A stretch of 64,000 nucleotides of DNA from the NCBI RefSeq assembly GCF_006345805.1, contig NC_042998.1:198710001-198774000 (forward strand), read 5' to 3'. Shown here piece after piece: positions 1 through 13,183 of the stretch. Position 1 is the stretch's first letter. Each line of letters opens with the position of its first letter. The notes beneath the pieces are model-generated. The model worked only from the letters and a program-made list of their open reading frames with translations. It did not search any database and was not told where the DNA came from. The position numbers and the translations under genes are program-made. The DNA is from Octopus sinensis (Eukaryota).

Positions 1-909
1 GTGTATGTATATATTTGTGTGTTTGTGTCTGTGTTTGTCCCCCACCATAGCTTGACAACCAATGTTGATCTGTTTACGTCCCCATAAACTAGCGGTTCGG
101 CAAAAGAAACTGATAGAATAAATACCAGGCTTACAAACAATAAGTTCAGGTGTTGATTTCTTCCAATAAAAGGCGGTGCTTCAGCATGGCCACAGTCAAA
201 ATGACTGAAACAAGTAAAAGAATACACACACACATACACGCATTACGGGCGTCTTCCAGTTTCTGTCTATCAAATCGAAGCTATGGTGCAGACACATATC
301 CAAGTCGCCATGCAGTGGGACTGAACCCAGAACTATGCGATTGGGATGCTCCTTACCACACAGCCACGCCTGCACGTTTTGTCTGTAGTTGCAATTTTGT
401 TTCTGACCTTGTGGTTTTCCGATTTCAAAGTCAGCATCTAATTTAACGTTTTCAGTTTTAATTAGATTCTTTCACAGAGTAGATTCGCCAAATTTGTCTA
501 TTCCCATGCTTATTTTGATATCATAACTGAATTCATTTACAATTCGATTCTCCATCTGGGCGTTGACTTTTGATGGTAGTTTAAAGCCATCCACATAGAT
601 GAGATAGATGACTTTAGTTTGACCATCATATTTTCGTTATTGTTGTTGCTAGACCCGCTTCGTTGAGCAGACTTATGATCAAAGACATGGCAAGTCGTGA
701 TCAATCGGCCGTTTTTTTTTTCTGCCATAATATATTCCAACCTACCTTATCAGACATAAGTTGTGTTTGAATAAATTCTCTCTATGGTAACTCGCCTTCA
801 TAGGCAGATTAAATAGAATTCTATTTATATTGCTCCACTAGAAAAGCATGCAAATATATTTTATCACAAGATACATATATACAGAAAAACAGACAGAGAA
901 AGAAAGAAA

Positions 910-957
<48 letters not shown>

Positions 958-1020
958 GAGGTTGAACCAGACTTTTTTTATTTTGTTCCAGTTTTGTTTT
1001 TAATATGTTTTTAATACTAA

Positions 1021-1435
1021 AGGCGGCAAGCTGGCAGAAAAGTTAGCACGCCGGGCGAAATGCTTAGCAGTATTTCGTCTGCCGGTACGTTCTGAGTTCA
1101 AATTCCGCCGAGGTCGACTTTGCCTTCATCCTTTCGGGGTCGATTAAATAAGTACCAGTTACGCACTGGGGTCGATATAATCGACTTAATCCGTTTGTCT
1201 GGTCTTGTTTGTCCCCTCTGTGTTTAGCCCCTTGTGTGTAGTAAAGAATTAGGTATTTCGTCTGCCGCTACGTTCTGAGTTCAAATTCCGCCGAGGTCGA
1301 CTTTGCCTTTCATCCTTTCGAGATCGATTAATTAAGTACCAGTTACGCACTGGGGTCGATATAATCGACTTAATCCGTTTGTCTGTCCTTGTTTGTCCTC
1401 TCTGTGTTTATCCCCTTGTGTGTAGTGAAAAAATA
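1021..1435 (+). mobile_element. SINE family A, two tandem units (full unit plus a unit starting at GGTATTTCGT)
   Basis: tRNA-like head with B-box-like GAGTTCAAATTCC, core GTCGACTTTGCCTTTCATCCTTTCGGGGTCGA and tail ...GTAAAGAATTA. Confidence 0.85.
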
Positions 1436-1451
1436 GGTATTTCGTAAGTCT

Positions 1452-1937
1452 GTTGTTGCATGGTCGGTTCGTCGGCGACTAAACCGGCAACCCCACCAAG
1501 CTTGCTTGGTGAGGAGGGTGTTTATTGGACACCCTGCGAGATGAAAAAACAAAACCCGTCAAAGGGCGGAGGAACTCTTGAGAGTCAACGGCCACCCAAT
1601 AAATGTCTTAAGGCTGTATCATGCACGGGGACATAGAAATAATCGAACTGAATACCCGATCGCGCGGTTAAACCATTGGGAGTGAAGGACTCCTAGCCTT
1701 TGTTAGGGCATCCTTCTCGGAGAAGGTAACTCAGGTAACTGGGATAACTCCGACATAAAACCTGCGGCTCAGTGGTTACCGATAATGTTGACTTGTTCTT
1801 CTTTTCGGATTATAGCTGCTGTTGCTTAGTGAGTGGAATTGACTCAGTGCACAGCCTTTCCTCACTTAAAAAAAAATCTTCTTGCACAGGCATTGCACGA
1901 TAGCAACATTGATTAAGCTTCGCGCAATGGCCATACT
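1452..1937. mobile_element. About 480-bp structured interspersed repeat, copy 1 (resembles an RTE-type 5' leader)
   Basis: Highly similar to 35904-36378 with the same ends; contains GGAGAAGGTAACTC and several hairpins. Confidence 0.65.
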
Positions 1938-4191
1938 CGATAATGAGGGGGCAGCCACCATATTGAAAATTTATTGTTGGAGCGTGTTCGTAAGTTTCTG
2001 TTAATTGTTATATCTCTTTTTGTGCCTATTGTTGTACTTATTGTTGAAAAAATTGTAGTATAGGTTTCTTTCGAAAGCTATCTGTGGTTTTCCCCTGTGG
2101 GGGAATACATTAATTGCCGGGAAGATGCCGAAAAGTGTGTCTTCTTCGTCGAATGATGAATCATCGATTGAGAGAGAAGCAAAGAAAATAGAAAGTTTAA
2201 TTTTTGATAACGTTTCTGATGTGTCGGAAAGTGAAATCTCGGCATTACCAAAAGTTACGAACAGCAAATGAAAGACAGAAGAAAGGACCATCCAAAATGA
2301 AGAAAGGAAAAATTTGCGTCAGCAGCTGGTAGCGGAATGCGACAGCTGTCAACTGACAAAAAAAGAATTACTAAAATACAAAGATATGATAACAGAACGA
2401 GATGGAGTAGTAAAAGTGGAAATACCAGAAGAAGAATTAACGGAGGAAAAAAAGAAAATTGTTATTTTAAAGACATTCTGCTTAAAAGCTCATAAAATTG
2501 ATAAGAAATGTGAGCAAAAAACTGAAAAATGTCTAAAGCCCATCTGGCAGGACATTACATATCTAGCCAGAGAGAAGTTTGGAACCATCGTGGCGAGGTT
2601 CAAGAATGCAGAAACGGCACAAAAACACTCTGTAAAATCTTTAGAGTCGGAAGATAACAATGTTAATCCCAGTTTACATGGGAATGAGAACATCAAAAGT
2701 GAGAATACCAAGAATTCCACCAGGAGTAAACTCTAAGTGCTTGATAGCGGTAGTCCTGGCAAATAGGGAAGATAATATTAACCTCCTGCAGGCTACCGTC
2801 ACAGAGAATACCTATTGTATAGATCAAACGCTTAACCTCATACTGCAGACTGACCAAAAAATTTTAGAACAGAGAAGCAGATAAGTCCATCGCCGAGTGT
2901 CCACAATTTTTTCTAGTCAGCTACAGTGACCACAAGATGGTTACCTGTAAACTGACGGTAGATAAGTTGCAAAGTCAGGGATCTGGCTACTGGGAGCTCA
3001 ATACGCCCTTTTTAGCGATTGAGAGACAGCTCTTTCGCCACTCGTGAAACTCCGTCTGCTGCCAAAAGCCTTTAAAGGGAGGTTTAGGGATGCCTTGGTT
3101 AATGATGCGCAGACATGCGTTGAGGTTGAGGCACCTCTAGATTCTTCTTGATAATGAACGGGTGTGGTCACTGCTGACCAGACAAGTGTTCCCTGAGTTC
3201 AAAAGTTTTTGCGAACAGGAAGCCTAGTGTTCTCGTAGACCGAGGTCGAGTGAGTGGCATAAAGAGTGCCGTAAGGCCCTCTTGCTATTCCGGCTCTCGG
3301 GCAACACCAGCGATGGGGGTTCCACACGGGTTTTATATAGTCAGTTGGTAGAGTCTGAATGCAACGATGGCCTGGGGGCGACTCTAGGTCCCGGGTTTAT
3401 TCAACTGGACAGCCTGTTTCACCGTACATTCTGGTTGAGAACATTGGACAACTTCCAAAAGTCCTTAACCTGGCAATGCTACAGCGGTGCCTTGCCTGTT
3501 TGGGATAAGCTCGCAAGACACGGTAAGCGTCATTCGCCGACCTGTCCAAGATGCGGGGGCGCGGGGCAGGCAAACCGTCCCTCACGCTATTGTTCAGTAT
3601 CCGGAGATAACTGAAATGTGGGCTTATGCTGAACACCTGTTGTCCGACGAAGGAAGAGTACAGTTGTCGACTGAGTCAATTATAAAAATTGACCCACCGG
3701 GAGTTTTAACGAACGAAGGTAAGAATTGTTTTCTCACGGTTGTAGCAATAGCGAAAGTGGCTGTATGGAAGACTAGAATAAAAGGAATTAGGACAGGCAA
3801 CTTTATCTCTGGACACAATTTACGATCATTTTTTTCTTTTCATTTGAAAAGGAAACTGTGGCTGGAGAAGAGATGTCTGTCGGAGTGTACGTTCCAAAAG
3901 AGATGGAAGCATGTTGCACGAGTGTTATACGTGCAAGGAACCGTGTGAATAGATGGAAAGAAAAAGAACAAAAAAAAAGGTACCAGCGGTAGATCGGGGC
4001 TTGTGGGGTCGGAGCGTGGCCTTATCATCGCTTCATTTGTATTGTCTTTGTATTGTTAATTTCATTCGATTTTTAAATATTGTATTTAAACTTTTAATGT
4101 TACATTATATGTAAAATCATATCGCTTTACTGATCCCATCAGTTGTTCTGTCCCTTTTTATGTTTGGTCCCCGGAGGGCAACAAAGAAATT
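1936..4191 (+). mobile_element. Internally deleted Tx1/L1-clade LINE (ORF1 5' part, endonuclease C-terminal end, C-terminal zinc knuckle, 3' UTR; RT absent)
   Basis: ATG at 2125 (MPKSVSSSS..., premature TGA at 2269); YSDHKMV...GYWELN (APE endonuclease end, about 2920-3000); WQCYSGALPV...CPRC...TVPHA (zf-RVT-like, 3470-3600); 5' boundary approximate. Confidence 0.8.
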
Positions 4192-4305
4192 GGTATTTCG
4201 TCTGTCTTTATGTCTTGAGTTCAAATTCCGCTGAGGTCGACTTTGCTTTTCATCCTTTCGGGGTCGATAAATTAAGTACCAGTTGCGTATTGGGGTCGAT
4301 CTAAT
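4192..4305 (+). mobile_element. SINE family A remainder following the Tx1 insertion
   Basis: Resumes at GGTATTTCGT and continues through the core. Confidence 0.8.
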
Positions 4306-4870
4306 GTGTTAAGCTGGTAGGTGTTAATTTGACCATGTCGAGCAACTGTGTAAAAGTTCCCTTATTAGTGTAGCTCCTTATTTTTCATGTCATTATTGTG
4401 TGGAGCTGTATTTTACTGCTCAATGTCAGCTCAGCTTAATTTCAATCAGTTTTGTTTTTCTTTTAGATAGATACACTTCCTTGCAGTCAAACTCAGCTAA
4501 GAACTAAATCCAGGCGCGAAATACGTTTCGTCTAACAGCGTAACACTTCTCTCACCTTCTTGTTCACTTCATCACTTCATAACAATCTTCTATCTCCTCA
4601 TACATACACACACGGTTGCGGATCCGTGGAATAAGCTGCCGGATGCGATAGTGAAGATGCCGACGACCGCTCGGTTCAAAGTCTCCCTTGACCAGAAATG
4701 GCCTGAACTCTTTGCATGAACACCCTCCCTGTACATAACTCCATGTCCCCCTACATGGTTTGTGTTTTGCTTTTTGAGCCAAAAAATTAACTTAACTTAA
4801 CTGAACACACACACAGCGACCCATTCACACGCACATATACACAATCTACATACATGGACACACACGTATA

Positions 4871-5096
4871 TATATATTTCTTTATTGCCCACAAGGGGCT
4901 AAACATAGAGAGGACAAACAAAGGGATTAAGTCGATTACATCGACCCCAGTGCGAAACTGGTACTTTTATTTATCGACCCCGAAAGGATGAAAGGCAAAG
5001 TCGACCTCGGCGGAATTTGAACTCAGAACGTAACGACAGACGAAATACCGGTAAGCATTCCGCCCGGCGCGCTAACGTGTCTGCCAGCTCGCCGCC
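4871..5096 (-). mobile_element. SINE family A, full length, Tx1-type tail
   Basis: Reverse-complement head, core and tail; flanking direct repeat ACACACACGTATATATA. Confidence 0.85.
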
Positions 5097-5739
5097 TATA
5101 TATACACACACGTATATATAGAGACTATATACATACATACAAGAAGAACACCAGGCATGCATCCAAATGAAAGAAATGTTTATAAAACCTCTCGGCTCTG
5201 CTGATTGCGACCTCTTCCTCGACGATCGATGTTGGCTGCTGGCATCAGTGTTGCTGACGCTTTGACAACTGGAACTTATTGAATCAAGAGACAACTGATG
5301 GCAGAATCTGTTGGTAACATCCTCTTTAACTGTAGGCGACAGGGACAAAGCCAGTGGCGGCGAATAGAAGGACGACATGGTGTTCCGTTCAGTTGGGGTT
5401 GTATTCAAAAGAACGTCCGTGGCTGTATCACTGAAGTCAGGAACATCATCACCGAGATCTGCTAGAAATAATAATAATAATAATAAAAACAAACAAGCAT
5501 AATTTTCGGTTTTTTTTAAAGACATTCACTAGTACAACACTAAATACAAAACCAAATATATGGCACACTAGGCATAACAACAACATGAACTTCCAACCTG
5601 TTGTCTCTTGAGGTCTCTGGGTGAGACTTGGAGCCAACTTGTACAAATGTAAAGCAAAAGTCAAACATATAATAATAATAATAACAATAATAATAATAAT
5701 AATAATAATAATATAATAATAATAATAATAATAACAATA

Positions 5740-5791
<52 letters not shown>

Positions 5792-5957
5792 GTTTCTGTA
5801 TTGGCCGCAAAGACCGAAATATATTCGTTTATTTGTTTCAGCCATTCGACTGCGCCCAAGGTGGAGTACCGCCTTTAGTCGAACAAATCGACACCGGGAC
5901 TTATTCTTAGTAAGCCTAGTACGTATTCTATCGGTCTCTTTTGTAATAATAATAACG

Positions 5958-6049
<92 letters not shown>

Positions 6050-7250
6050 AAGAAGAAGAAGAAAAGAAGAAGAAGAAGAAGAAGAAGAAGAAGAAGAAGA
6101 AGAAGAAGACCAAATTACACTAAAAAAGATGGCATTGTTACCATTTGGTCAATTTTGATTACAAATTTGGCGCATCAAAACTGACTTAGTGCTGAACAAC
6201 AAGAACAGCAATAATAACAACATCAAGAACATAACCACCATTATCAGTAACAACAACAACCAATATTTTGTCTCAGTGACACAGTACACTACGTCACTTC
6301 TCTAATCGCGGTGACAACAGGTTAAGCTAGTCGCATTTCACTTTTCCCGCCACAGTGAATGCAAAACTAGAAAAAAAAAAGTATGAAGGCCAGAGGCTTC
6401 AGAGGACAATACTATTGCGTGGCCTTGTACCACTCTAAGCAATCAATACCTTCAAGCACGAGCATTGGTAACACTGACAAGTTTTATAATTACATCAGTA
6501 ACTGCATATTTGGTTGGCAGCAGATATAATCTCGTGTAATGTTCCACACGTGAGAAATCTCCGTCTTCATCCAGAGTCACGTTGTTTAATTCAAAAATAT
6601 TTTTTATATAATATGATGACTGATGTCGCTCCCATTACAAATTTAATATGTCACTTATTCCATTCTCACTTCTTATTGAAAGCAATACTTTTCTGGGGGG
6701 GTTTTAAGAAGAGATATCAGTTGTAGAATATTCATGTTAAAATGGATGCAAGCAGGATCGAATGTTCAAGAAGCATGCTTCGGGGCCATGAGACCCCAGG
6801 TTTGATTCCGCTTTGTGAGAGCTTGGACAAGTATTTTTACCTTAGCTTCGGATCGACTTTAGTGAAACTGGGTGGAAAGTGGAAGACTTATATCTGTAAT
6901 TCAGACGGCTAACCTTGTAACATATCACGACACGATGGTTCTGCAAAGGTCAACAATACCCGACCATTTACATTATGATCCAATGGGTAGGGGTTTCAGT
7001 TGGGGAACAACTGAAATACTTACCACATAAACCAACTGCAGATCTGTTTTTCTTACATTTTTATGGCATATTAAGGTGACTCGTTGGACTATAGTGGTGG
7101 TGCATCTGTTAGTGTGTTGCGTCCCCAAAGTCCATCCCCCTCCTCACCGTGGTGGGGACGCTGGCAACGGGTAGTGTCAGAGCTACGCCGTCGGGAACTT
7201 CGGTTCCTGGTAGGGCCGCCCAAGGTGGATTGGTCTGACACCGAGTGGTA

Positions 7251-7503
7251 TTAGGGCCACAACCCGAAAGACGGGGCACTGGTGAAAATCCTCGGAGTGT
7301 CTGTTTCGGCAACCGGCGCCCCCTCGGTCGTTCTGTCCCTGCGTCTACGGACAATCTGCGGCAAACAGGATGTCTCTACATGCGGGATTGTTGGGGACCG
7401 CTTGTGAAATTCATATTCCCACGAAACTTCTTCCACCGCCATGGTTCGAGATGCCTCGAGGGTGGTGGAAGAAGCCGACTCAACACGCCCAGGGTGAATA
7501 TCA
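7251..7503 (-). CDS. Possible terminal coding exon (DIHPGRVESASS...SFGLWP*)
   Basis: GC-rich island with an open frame after tacttgtAG; it needs a phase-2 junction, so an unidentified intervening exon is required. Confidence 0.3.
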
Positions 7504-8869
7504 CTACAAGTACAATTAAGTCATGATTGTAAGATTGCAGTTTTGATTCATGGACTGGGCAAAATGCTTTATTCAATGTTGCTTCAATCAACTCAGCTGG
7601 CAAACTGAGTTATCTTGTGACGGACCGGGAAGATATATGCATTCATTGGAGAAAAAATATACACCACAGTATCCGGGAAATCGGATTTATGAGCTTACAG
7701 CTCGGCAAGGACCTTTGATCCTATGTGATATATGCATAATCTTTTATTGCAGCCATGCTGGTGAACCACATTGAAGAGTCTTATTCAAACAAATGCTCCC
7801 TAGTACTTATTTAATACTGGTAATGTTCTATCAGTCTTTAAGTGCCGAACTGCTAAGTTACAGGGACGCAACGACCGACTACTAGACAGTTTCTGCCAAC
7901 AAAAGTTATTGGTCAGCGCAGCGGTATATATATATATCACCGTGATCACCGTGACCGACCAGACTATCAGATGTTGCTACACATCGCTGGTCACAATGCG
8001 CTTCGCATTGTTTTAGCCTTCAAATGACGCCACCCCGCTGGTTAAACGAGCAGGCCAACAGAAGAAAGAGTGAGACAAAGTTGTGGCGAAAGAGTACAGC
8101 AGGGATCGCCACTACCCCCTGCCGGAGCCGCGTGGAGCTTTAGGTGTTTTCGCTCAATAAACACTCACAATGCCTAGTCTAGGAATCGAAACCGCGATCC
8201 TACGACCGCGAGTCCGCTGCCCTAACCACTGGACCATTGCGCATCCACATATATATATACTCACACACACACACACACACAACATACTTGCCGCCTTGTA
8301 AAATTATTTATTTCTGTGATGTTTGTTCTGAGGTATTTCAGAACTTCCTTGACATTTTTCGTTTCTTGGCTCAATTTCTACCGATCAACATTTTAAAGGT
8401 TGCAAATAATGTCGCTATTTCCCATATATATATATGATCAACTCTCCCGTCGTTAGACGACGCATGAAGGTTCGACATTTTCTTACCGATCAACCACACA
8501 GATGATTCGTTTATAGTGATCAAATGTTTGTGTTGACATAAGCTCACTCTACTATCCAATTAAAATTATCTGTACAAGTGCAACGGGTTCCACATGTCAG
8601 ATGACAAAATGATACATACAGTCTGTCTGTGTTACTTTTTGTGTGGAGTGTCCCATATCTAGTCAGAAACTTCCTTGTCTTTCATATCTAAGGAGTGAAA
8701 CCGCCCAGGTATTGATAACTTCAATCTTATTCCGTCAGTTTAATTTCGACTTACGGATCAGTCTCAGTCTGCGCAAGTACTTCACCTTAAATTTTTTCCT
8801 GTCATTTCTTTCTCCATCAGTTTATCCATTTCCAGTATCCCTAAGTAATTATAGTCCGTCTCTTCTATT

Positions 8870-10971
8870 TGCTTCATAACCTCCCCGATGGTATCGTTAG
8901 CCCCTCCATACATTTGATTTTGCTTCTCTTCAAGACTAACACACCACACTTTCTCAGTCCGAACTCCATTCTGATATCAGCATTGAAGGTATACACCGCA
9001 TCAACGAGGGAACTGACTTGGGATTCATCTTTACCATAAAGTTTGAAGTCATCCATGAATAACAAGTGGTTGACTTTTTGTTGGCGGCTTTTGAATACAT
9101 ACCCAGCCTTTGCTTTCCTCAGAATCAGTGTTAGTGGTATCAAGCACAGCACAAAGATGAGTGGGGACAGGCAGTCCCCTTAGACAATGCCCCTCCTGAT
9201 TTCTACAGTCCTTAAACTTCTTCCGTATGCTGTCAGGTCCGTCCTCATACTTTTTCCTAGCAATCACTCAACATTCGATGCAATACCAAATAGGTTCATA
9301 CATTCCATAATCCAAGAATGTGGGATCCTATCGTACGCCTTACGATAGTCGATCCATGACATGGCTAAGTTAATTTTCCTCCTCTTGCAGTCTCTAAGTA
9401 CAGTTTTGTCTATTAGGAGTTGATCCTTGGTACCTCTGCAGATGTCCGTACATTGACTCTGCTACTATTCCAGTCAATAACTTCCACATAAGTGGCAAAC
9501 AGGATATCGGCCTGTAATTGTCTACCATATTGCCTTTTTCGATGTTTTTCAAGCACAGCACTGTCCTACCTAATGTCAACGACTCTGCTGTTACTTGGTT
9601 GGCATTTAACAAGGTGTTGAGTTGCGTAGCTTTTTGTGCATGACATTCACCGAATCTTTTGATCCAGTAGCCTTGACCTCCATCTGGTCCCGAGGCCTTC
9701 CAGTTGCTAATTTTGTTTGCTGATATCCTTCACTTCCCTAACTGAAATGACTAGTTCCGCTTGTTGATACCAGATAACATTGAAAGTCAAAGCTTTTGAA
9801 GTGACATCTGGAACGAAGACAAGGAGCACTGTTTGTTTCAGTACTTGCAATCATTCAACATCCTTCATGTGCTCCTTGTCTTTGCCCCAGATGTCACTCC
9901 AAACACCTTTGACTTTCAATGTTATCTGGTATCAACTTTTCATCTGTACACTCTCCATTTATTTCTTTGTAGAATCTCTTCTGATCTACTCTGAATAGCC
10001 CTTCATTCTTTAGTCGTATCTTACCATCTTCGATTTCTTTGCAACGAAGCACTGTTTCAGTTCTTCCATTACTACTTTCAGGCCCTTTCTTTCAATATCA
10101 TACTTCCTTTTCAACGCCCTGTATTTTTGTTTGCTTTTAAGCTCCCCTTTCTCTTTCCGGTCTAACACAGAGATGTCCTTCGAGAGCATACCTAAGCCTG
10201 TCTGTATTCATCTTTTCCACAATGGATCTTTTCTTTTGTCACTCCTATTATATTTCTTTTGACATTAACACCCACGTTTTCTGCTACAACCATACTTGCT
10301 GCCTTGATCAAATTATTTGTTTCTGTGATGTTGTTTGTTCTGAAGTATTTCAGAACTTTCTTGACATTTTCCGTTTCTTGGCTCAATTTCTACCGATCAA
10401 CATTTTAAAGGTTGCAAATAATGCCGCTATCGTTCTCCTGTAGTCTCGCCCTTATTCTGTAGTAGATTGCCTTTTGTTCATCTGCTATGTCGCCATTAGT
10501 TTTATTGTCTTCTTTTAGATCATCTATATGTCTCTCATCAAGTAACCTACCACTGCTCCTTTCCTGTGCTACGAGATTACTCGTATTAGTATGAACTGTA
10601 GTTTCATCGTTATCTCTGCTGCTATTTTACAATACTCGTCTTTTGATAGCTTCGAGCTCTACTCCTGTGAACCAGCGATTTTTCTTATTGCTCCCACTTG
10701 TTCACATAGTCTCTGTTCTGTGAGTTGAAACAATCCCTTTTCTCTCTAATGATCATACATACGTTGTCGGTAACCCCTAATTTGAGCACCATTTTCCTCT
10801 ACCGGTTTGGTCAGGTAGTATCTCTCCATGACCACAGCATTAATTTGTTTGCTCCATTTACGCTGTGTGGTGGTCCCTGTGTGGATAGCGACAGGCTGGA
10901 GCCGGACCAGAACCTCTAAACCTGCCGGGTGCGATACTGTCATTATTAATGGCATCAATTTCATTACCACC

Positions 10972-10975
<4 letters not shown>
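8870..10975 (-). mobile_element. R4/Dong-clade LINE pseudogene: N-terminus through the RT, 3'-truncated
   Basis: N-terminal RKWSKQINAVVME...GYRQRM; NYRPISCLPLMWKLLTGI; WIDYRKAYD; LFMDDFKLY; stops and frameshifts; 5' end abuts (TAT)n. Confidence 0.85.
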
Positions 10976-11022
<47 letters not shown>

Positions 11023-11024
11023 TA

Positions 11025-11234
11025 AAGCGGCGAGCTGGCAGAATCGTTAGCACGCCGGGCGAAATGCATAGCGGTATTCCGGCTGTTGCTATATTCTGAG
11101 TTTAAATTCCGCTGAAGTCGACTTTGCTTTCATCCTTTCGAGATCGATAGAATAAGTACCAGTGAAACACTGGGGTTGATGTAATCGTCTTAATACCTCC
11201 CCCAAATTTGAGGCCTTGCGCTTCCAGTAGAAAG

Positions 11235-11235
<1 letters not shown>
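11025..11235 (+). mobile_element. SINE family A with an alternative tail ending in (ATT)n; similar copies at 15309-15485, 21110-21290, 23243-23380, 23388-23605 and 26400-26590(-)
   Basis: Shared head and core; tails differ among these copies. Confidence 0.75.
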
Positions 11236-11288
<53 letters not shown>

Positions 11289-11325
11289 CATTATTATTAT
11301 TATATTATTATCATTATTATTATTA

Positions 11326-11370
<45 letters not shown>

Positions 11371-11704
11371 TATCATTATTATTATTATATTATTATTATT
11401 ATTATATTATTATTATCATTATTATTATTATTATTATTATTATCATCATTATTATTATTATATTATTATTATTATTATTATATTATTATTATTATTATTA
11501 TTATATTATTATCATATTATTATTATTATTATTATTTATTATTATTATTATTATTATCATTATTATTATTATGTTATTATTATTATTATGTTATTATTAT
11601 TATTATGTTATTATTATTATTATTATTATTATCATTATTATTATTATATTATTATTATTATATTACTATTATTATTATTATTATTATCATTATTTTTTAT
11701 TATA

Positions 11705-11752
<48 letters not shown>

Positions 11753-11794
11753 TTATTATTATCATTATTATTATTATCGTTATTATTATTATTA

Positions 11795-12050
11795 CTTTTT
11801 TTTTCTTCTTTCAAATTTTCTTCCATTTCTTGCCGAGTGTCTTCCCGACTCCTAGGGCAAAGAAACTCATAGTGTATATTGGTAGGCCATTAAACCAAAC
11901 TCAGTAGTTCGTTCATTTTTTTTTTTTTTTTTAAAGTTAAATTAAAATACATGAGCAGCAACAGTTCTCACATCGACAATGCTCTTCTCAATACGTGTGA
12001 TGTACCAGTTAAGACAATCTCAATACGTGTGATGTACCAGTTAAGACAAT
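11795..12050 (-). mobile_element. R4/Dong 3' end, family alpha (IVLTGTSHVLRRALSM*); further copies at 12810-13066 and 14178-14510, related variant at 14885-15160
   Basis: C-terminal motif of the restriction-like endonuclease ORF plus 3' UTR, ending in (AAT)n. Confidence 0.8.
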
Positions 12051-12122
12051 TTATTAATAATAATAATATTATTATTATTATTATCATTATTATTATTATC
12101 ATTATTATTATTATTATCATTA

Positions 12123-12196
<74 letters not shown>

Positions 12197-12503
12197 TAGT
12201 TTTATTTTTATAGCGTGCTTTAACTTCACTACCGAGCGCAGCTCTGTGTGCCTTGGGTATGTGCTGTGATTTGTTGTGATGCTCTGATGGTTACTGTATT
12301 GAAAGTGTTTTGCGTAGGATGTGTGCAGTGCCCAGTAGTGCAATTTTCTGTATGTTATATATATTTGTAAGTCCTGGTATTTTTGTTATGTATTTGTTTG
12401 AATATTTTTTTATCACACCTAATGATAGGAATTGTTTCTGTTTTTAGATTCCACATTCGATTTCCAGGTCTTTGTATTATTATTATTACTATTATTATTA
12501 TTA

Positions 12504-12558
<55 letters not shown>

Positions 12559-12640
12559 TATTATTATTATCATTATTATATTATGTTATTATTATTATTA
12601 TGTTATTATTATTATTATGTTATTATTATTATTATTATTA

Positions 12641-12673
<33 letters not shown>

Positions 12674-12714
12674 TACTATTATTATTATTATTATTATCAT
12701 TATTATTATTATTA

Positions 12715-12765
<51 letters not shown>

Positions 12766-13134
12766 TATTATTATTATCATTATTATTATTATCGTTATTA
12801 TTATTATTACTTTTTTTTTCTTCTTTCAAATTTTCTTCCATTTCTTGCCGAGTGTCTTCCCGACTCCTAGGGCAAAGAAACTCATAGTGTATATTGGTAG
12901 GCCATTAAACCAAACTCAGTAGTTCGTTCATTTTTTTTTTTTTTTTTTAAAGTTAAATTAAAATACATGAGCAGCAACAGTTCTCACATCGACAATGCTC
13001 TTCTCAATACGTGTGATGTACCAGTTAAGACAATCTCAATACGTGTGATGTACCAGTTAAGACAATTTATTAATAATAATAATATTATTATTATTATTAT
13101 CATTATTATTATTATCATTATTTTATTATTATCA

Positions 13135-13183
<49 letters not shown>

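Noticed and set aside
537-740. 67-aa minus-strand ORF as a terminal exon
   Set aside because: No convincing acceptor or recognisable motif
8300-8420. Independent element
   Set aside because: It is a copy of about 125 bp of the Dong ORF segment at 10305-10430; noted as a fragment only
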